A stretch of DNA of 64,000 bases from a virus (lineage: Duplodnaviria > Caudoviricetes). Under the pieces are notes generated by a model. That model was not told where the DNA came from, searched no databases, and saw only the letters and a program-made list of their open reading frames with translations. The stretch covers positions 1-64,000 of the IMG/VR virus record IMGVR_UViG_3300047275_000752. One strand, 5' to 3'. The first letter of the stretch is position 1. Each line of letters opens with the position of its first letter. Position numbers and translations under genes: made by a program. Positions 59,733 through 64,000 of this stretch are shown piece after piece.

Positions 59733-59768
59733 GGAATATAGTTATACTGCGCTAGATGCTGACTACGC

Positions 59769-60119
59769 ATGGCGTGCAGTACTACTCAAGAAGCAAGGCA
59801 GCGCAAGAAGAGCGCCAACATTAAAAACAGACAAAAATATCGAGACATGATAAATGACTTCAAGGATAAACCTTGCGCCATTTGCCATAAAAGCCACCAT
59901 GCTATTGCTATGGACTTGCATCACATAGATCCATCCACTAAGGATCAGGACATTTCTAAGATGTTAAGATCAAAAGGATATGAAAAAATTCAGCAAGAGT
60001 TAAACAAATGCGTAGTATTGTGTGCTATTTGTCACAGGTTATTGCACGCCGGTCTCGTTGATCTAGATGTCACGAACGGGGGTCGAACCCGTACAGGCGC
60101 AATGCCCGACGCATTTTAA
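59769..60119 (+). CDS. HNH endonuclease
   Basis: CAIC..DLHHIDP..ELNKCVVLCAICHRLLH; 3' end overlaps tRNA-Leu on the opposite strand. Confidence 0.75.
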   Translation: MACSTTQEARQRKKSANIKNRQKYRDMINDFKDKPCAICHKSHHAIAMDLHHIDPSTKDQDISKMLRSKGYEKIQQELNKCVVLCAICHRLLHAGLVDLDVTNGGRTRTGAMPDAF

Positions 60120-60152
60120 GTGCGTTCTGTCTACCAATTCCAGCACCGTGAC
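60068..60152 (-). tRNA. tRNA-Leu (anticodon TAA), intronless, no encoded CCA
   Basis: GTCACGG acceptor, GGAATTGGTAGAC D arm, ACGCA-CTTAAAA-TGCGT anticodon arm, long variable arm, GTTCGACCC T arm. Confidence 0.93.
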
Positions 60153-60153
60153 T

Positions 60154-60229
60154 TGGTGCTCCCTGCGTGGATCGAACACGCCTGAGCCGAATTATGAGTT
60201 CGGAGCATTCACCAGATTGCTAAGGGAGC
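60154..60229 (-). tRNA. tRNA with CAT anticodon (probably Ile2/lysidine type, otherwise Met), CCA encoded
   Basis: GCTCCCT/AGGGAGC acceptor with C4:G69 and C5:G68; CCGAA-CTCATAA-TTCGG anticodon arm; GTTCGATCC; ends ACCA. Confidence 0.9.
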
Positions 60230-60241
60230 AGCAACAGGCAC

Positions 60242-60270
60242 AGTCTAGCGCCCTCTGTTGATTTTGGCAA
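60242..60270 (-). promoter_or_regulatory. sigma70-type promoter for the tRNA pair
   Basis: TTGCCA-17 nt-TAGACT on the minus strand, 12 nt before the first tRNA. Confidence 0.6.
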
Positions 60271-60346
60271 TGTCTTGGTCTCGTTACCGCCCGTAGACAG
60301 CCTGCGATGGGCTCCCTAGCATCCTTCTAAGGCCCTATGACCTAAG

Positions 60347-60721
60347 ATGCCCCGTCCAACCAAGCCTCGCCCCTGCCGCCGCCGTCTCCAAGGCCAACGT
60401 GTGCTCACTTTTGTCGAAAGGTTTAACATTAAAGGCAATGGAGTTACCTCAGTGACAGCCGCAAGGAAATTTGTAACTGCCAATTCGTTGGTCTCACCTG
60501 TTATTATAGATGTTGAAAGGAATAGTTACACTATTGATCACTTCTTTTTGGCCGAAGAAGGTATGTTTGGTTTGTCTTATGTGGAAGTTAACTGGATGCT
60601 TTTCCCATGTTTGAATGAGCTTGTGAAACGAAAAGGCGCAAGCACCTTATTCGGAGACCTGCTGGAACAGGACTGGACTTCCGAGGAGGAATCTTACCGA
60701 CCAGAATACGCTTTTATCTAG
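60347..60721 (+). CDS. hypothetical protein
   Basis: 124-aa ORF. Confidence 0.55.
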   Translation: MPRPTKPRPCRRRLQGQRVLTFVERFNIKGNGVTSVTAARKFVTANSLVSPVIIDVERNSYTIDHFFLAEEGMFGLSYVEVNWMLFPCLNELVKRKGASTLFGDLLEQDWTSEEESYRPEYAFI

Positions 60722-60729
60722 CGATATTA

Positions 60730-61050
60730 CTACTTCCTAGAAAAGCTGAGCGAAGAAGAGTCGTCATCATCATCCTCAAAAGAGGACGGCTCTTCAAACA
60801 GTTGACTCATTTTTTCACGAAAAGCCAAATTTTGTAATTTTTGAAAATTGTAATCCTCAAAGGTGGCAACCAGTAACCTTTGACCAGGTGTATAGTCAGC
60901 CATCTCTGGATGACCATTGCTGGGCGGAATGTCAGAGCTTTTGTAATAGCCAAACCTTTCCGTCATCACCATCCAACCCTGAATGCACAGGGACAAAAAG
61001 CTAATAAAAAATACTGATGCAATTAGGAATATCATAAATTCCTCTTGCAT
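60730..61050 (-). CDS. DUF2973-like cyanophage membrane protein
   Basis: N-terminal TM, GHPEMAD motif, LFEEPSSFEDDDD tail. Confidence 0.6.
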   Translation of the reverse strand: MQEEFMIFLIASVFFISFLSLCIQGWMVMTERFGYYKSSDIPPSNGHPEMADYTPGQRLLVATFEDYNFQKLQNLAFREKMSQLFEEPSSFEDDDDDSSSLSFSRK

Positions 61051-61073
61051 CAGTATTCTTATGTTACCAGGAA

Positions 61074-61460
61074 TTACCGCTTGATCAGCCTATTGCAGAA
61101 TGAATAGGGATAGCTGTTGTCATCGCAGTCTTCGGCATAGGTCTTATGACAACAGATTTTATTGATTGCTGTCACATGCAGGCCGAAATCTTCCGCAATT
61201 CTAAGTTGCGTCTCGCCAAGCTTGTGACGAAGGCGGATTTCATGAATCTGTCGATCACTAAGGAAACCAGACTTGCGTCCACGCTTAATTGGATCCTTCT
61301 CGAACGGAGGCCTGCGCATTACTCTGCGGATAACCTTGCCTGGTGTTGTAAGAGAGACATTGGTAATCCTAGCGATGCTGTCATAATCGTAACCTTGACA
61401 CCTTAAATCCCAAATCCTGTCTTCTTTGGGAATGGAGACACGTCCTCTGCGTCGGGTCAT
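61074..61460 (-). CDS. double-HTH DNA-binding protein
   Basis: IWDLRCQGYDYDSIAR..; LSDRQIHEIR..GETQLRIAEDFG. Confidence 0.6.
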   Translation of the reverse strand: MTRRRGRVSIPKEDRIWDLRCQGYDYDSIARITNVSLTTPGKVIRRVMRRPPFEKDPIKRGRKSGFLSDRQIHEIRLRHKLGETQLRIAEDFGLHVTAINKICCHKTYAEDCDDNSYPYSFCNRLIKR

Positions 61461-61610
61461 GATGGGTCGATAGGTGCTGACCGTGTACTGGTGTATCTTA
61501 GATGATTTCAGTCCGAATGCAACCTGTTTGGTGTGTAACGATTTATTACGAAAAGAAGAAGCTGGCGTCTGTGGTATTAAAATAAGATGTCGCTTAATCC
61601 AATCCTGTAA

Positions 61611-61886
61611 ATGCCCAAGAGAGTTGCGATGGCACTTGTCACAATGCTGGCATTCACTCCAGTGTCAGCATCCGCCCAGTGGGCGCAGACATGTACTCGT
61701 GATCCAAATTCTAGTGTAAACCTGCGTTCTGGTCCTAGTCGCAATCATAGCGTCATTGCCTCGATTCCGCCCAATACTTACGTCAGGGCAATGACTTGGG
61801 TATGGGGTGGCGATGGCATGAAGTGGTATCGAGTAGAAGCAAATGGCCTTGTTGGTTGGCAGCGCCAGGATTTCCTATGTGTTTAA
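61611..61886 (+). CDS. secreted bacterial SH3 (SH3b) domain protein
   Basis: signal peptide; SVNLRSGPS..HSVIASIP..KWYRVEANGLVGWQRQDFLC. Confidence 0.8.
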   Translation: MPKRVAMALVTMLAFTPVSASAQWAQTCTRDPNSSVNLRSGPSRNHSVIASIPPNTYVRAMTWVWGGDGMKWYRVEANGLVGWQRQDFLCV

Positions 61887-61912
61887 CCGATTTTCAGGCT
61901 ACCGCTTGAATT

Positions 61913-62383
61913 ATGAATCAATCAGCCAATGTCAGTCAACAGTCCAAGCCTCGTGAGATTACGATTAAAATCCCTCGCTTACCAAAGGACAATGTCGTCA
62001 TCATGGCAGGCATAATAGGCTTTTTGATTGCATTTATTTTTGGTTCATTCGTCCTAAAGGAATTAAATGAATTAAAGCAACAGCAGAAGACTTCAGAAGA
62101 GCGCATCAAGAAGGAGGTCTTAATGCCAGGAGGTACAACTGAATACAAGACCGAATTCAAGCCAGATCCATCGAGGGACACAGCAAAGGACCTAGTGACC
62201 GAACCAGTCGACAGCAGACCAACATCCGCTGTCGAGAATGTCACTCCAACTCCAGTCATTAAAGACAGCAGGCCGCAGTCAGTCCCAGCGCCTCCCCCAC
62301 CAACTCGTCTAGGTCCTGGTAATTTTGACGGCGGCTATACTCCGTCGTATAGCGGAAACCGGACCGGTCCGGGCAACATGTAA
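61913..62383 (+). CDS. single-TM Pro-rich protein
   Basis: TM IMAGIIGFLIAFIFGSFVL; LGPGNF/TGPGNM repeats. Confidence 0.65.
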   Translation: MNQSANVSQQSKPREITIKIPRLPKDNVVIMAGIIGFLIAFIFGSFVLKELNELKQQQKTSEERIKKEVLMPGGTTEYKTEFKPDPSRDTAKDLVTEPVDSRPTSAVENVTPTPVIKDSRPQSVPAPPPPTRLGPGNFDGGYTPSYSGNRTGPGNM

Positions 62384-62386
62384 CCA

Positions 62387-63148
62387 ATGAAAACCAACAA
62401 AACCAAAGTGATAGCAGTTCTTGCGTTTGGAGCTGGTGCCGTGGCTTATACCGCTGCATCGATAAAAAACGAAACAATCAGACAACAAGAAGCCAGGTAT
62501 CAGCAAATGGTTCTTTTGGCAATGCAAACAGATAACCCAAGCCCGATTCAGCAAGTTGACTCATTGGGGCCAGGTAATCTGGTACCGCTTGAGCAATTAC
62601 CAGTTGATGCTACTCCAACACCAGGATATACGAGCCAACCAGGCTCAGCTCCGAAGAAGATTATTTACAAGCCAACAGCTCCGGCAGTACCAGTCAAGCC
62701 GGTATTCTCGATTATCGTTGAACGTACTAACGAAAAACTAGATCAGACTGGCGACCCGATTTGGAAAGTAGCCCTAGTCGACAATTCTGGCAAAGAACTG
62801 GATGCCCTTAAAGCCTTATCTGGCAGAGCCTCAAAACAAAAGGCAAATCGTAATCAAGGGGGCAATAAATCTCCTTTACCTGGCGGTATCTACGCCATTG
62901 ATGTTAGCGGCATTGAGCGCGGGCCTTTTGGCGACCCCGAACTTGGTCATGGATATTGGGTGCCTATTTCACCGCTTTTTAACACAGGACGTTCTGCTCT
63001 TGGATTTCACCAAGACCCATCATGGGGCAAGGTAAATGGAGAATCTGGCACTTCTGGTTGCGTTGGCCTAGAAAGTCCAGAAGCGACATCAAAACTGGTT
63101 AACTGGATCAGAACTTATCAGGTCAACAAAGTAATTGTCGCTTCCTGA
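62387..63148 (+). CDS. secreted L,D-transpeptidase (YkuD-like) domain protein
   Basis: signal/anchor, Pro-rich linker, SPLPGGIYAI and GFHQDPSWGKVNGESGTSGCVGL (His...S-G-C motif). Confidence 0.7.
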   Translation: MKTNKTKVIAVLAFGAGAVAYTAASIKNETIRQQEARYQQMVLLAMQTDNPSPIQQVDSLGPGNLVPLEQLPVDATPTPGYTSQPGSAPKKIIYKPTAPAVPVKPVFSIIVERTNEKLDQTGDPIWKVALVDNSGKELDALKALSGRASKQKANRNQGGNKSPLPGGIYAIDVSGIERGPFGDPELGHGYWVPISPLFNTGRSALGFHQDPSWGKVNGESGTSGCVGLESPEATSKLVNWIRTYQVNKVIVAS

Positions 63149-63166
63149 AAAGTAAAGAAAGAATTA

Positions 63167-63197
63167 CCTGGGGGCGACCAACCCCCAGGATTTTTTT
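63167..63197. terminator. bidirectional intrinsic terminator
   Basis: CCTGGGGG-N7-CCCCCAGG with T7 on the plus strand and an A-rich tract (U-rich on minus) at 63146-63166. Confidence 0.8.
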
Positions 63198-64000
63198 GTG
63201 GGTCCCATCCCCACTAGATCCGTCAATGAGGTTAACGAATGCAACCCTCCCGTACTACCGGAAGAACGTACCCAAGTGATTACGGTCAGAGGGCACTCGG
63301 GAAGACCTCAGGCATCTTGCCGTATCGAACGGCATTTCTATGCTATGTGCATAGCGTGTTCCTTACACTAAGATGCAGGGACCCCTCGGTTTGAGCATCA
63401 TTCCTGGAACCATTTTGTCGGCGCCAACAAAATCGTTCCTATTTGGAAGCTAAGCTTGAGGGGTATTCTTACGTGTTGCCAAGCCGCAAGGCTTGACTCG
63501 CTTCAGGGCTTTACACATAAGGGTGGTAGCAGGAGGTGGGGAGCGACATGTGTATCACCCCACTCTTTCACTTCATCTAGCCGTATGGACCGACCAGCGA
63601 GAGGTGTTACACATCCTGCTAATGTTGCGGGGGTGATCAATCCCCCGGCCTGGTTACCCAGGACTTAGCCCGATACGACGACCGGAGATTTCCAGTCCTT
63701 GCAGAGCGGGGGTTGGTGCCGGTTTCCATTTATACCACCCAGAACTACGGAAACCGGTCAAATGGCATCCTGGGATAACCTCGTTCTCCCTTGGGGGCAC
63801 CCGTAGGCGTCCGGGACGGTGATTGCCGACCGCAACTTGCACAGGGAAGGATAACCCTCACCAACGGAGGATCCCAGAACCTGGCAAACCATACCGACAG
63901 AGCAGTATGGGAATTTAGGATGACCCAGGTGTGCCCTTTTGGGGCAGGGACCTGGACTCTATCCATATCTGCGTGGAAAGCTTTATCCAAAGGACTAAGA
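63198..64000 (-). ncRNA. candidate large structured ncRNA (5' end may lie outside the window)
   Basis: no credible ORF; at least 13 stems including long-range ones; five stems have G-U pairs only on the minus strand; embedded tRNA-like element. Confidence 0.7.
63310..63377 (-). ncRNA. degenerate tRNA-like cloverleaf with a CAU anticodon position
   Basis: TGCATCT-TA-GTGT-AAGGA-ACAC-G-CTATG-CACATAG-CATAG-AAA-TGCCG-TTCGATA-CGGCA-AGATGCC-T. Confidence 0.7.

Noticed and set aside
60068-60152. tRNA-Leu as an attP core, or as host of the cyanobacterial UAA group I intron
   Set aside because: No integrase recognised in the window, and the anticodon loop is uninterrupted.
63560-63585. CTAGATGAAGTGAAA (minus strand) as a hammerhead ribozyme core
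   Set aside because: Does not match CUGANGA...GAAA with the three required flanking stems.
63456-63990. ORFs 63456-63668, 63654-63842 and 63745-63990
   Set aside because: Short, mutually overlapping, TTG or weak starts, and composition typical of translated GC-rich stems.
63198-64000. tmRNA, RNase P RNA, or group I/II intron
   Set aside because: The tRNA-like part has an anticodon arm and no G3-U70. I found no GAGGAAAGUCC, no group II domain V, no clear group I P7 core and no interrupted host gene. A covariance search should still include these.

Overview
The window is most of the genome of a tailed dsDNA phage, probably a long-tailed siphovirus of picocyanobacteria. The host is inferred from the cyanobacterial-type ThyX, class II RNR, two sigma factors, and the RlpA, SH3b and DUF2973-like genes. 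Layout: 0.6-30.7 kb (+) holds tail tube, 1885-aa tape measure, tail-tip genes, scaffold, major capsid, collagen-like and Gly-rich fibres, a glycosyltransferase-methyltransferase fusion and the lysis genes. 30.7-33.9 kb (-) holds an initiator-like gene and DnaB. 34.3-58.3 kb (+) holds recombination and replication genes, two sigma factors, ThyX, terminase, primase, a two-intein NrdJ, dCTP deaminase, the portal and many small ORFs. 58-64 kb holds small basic proteins, two tRNAs, an HNH, an SH3/L,D-transpeptidase cassette and a non-coding end. No integrase, DNA polymerase, CRISPR array or reverse transcriptase was recognised. Best leads: (1) an ORF-poor, heavily base-paired minus-strand region of at least 800 nt (63.2-64.0 kb) with an embedded degenerate CAU tRNA-like cloverleaf, a candidate giant ncRNA of the GOLLD/ROOL type or a new class; (2) nine phased GTTGC-N5-GCAAC palindromes at the replication divergence point; (3) a GGNANNCTA late-promoter motif, 19-25 nt before 11 start codons and exactly 20 nt before six of them; (4) G-NGA-Y hairpins confined to head-gene leaders, with T4-like masking of the portal and scaffold starts on read-through transcripts. 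All family calls come from motif recognition by eye; no database searches were run.
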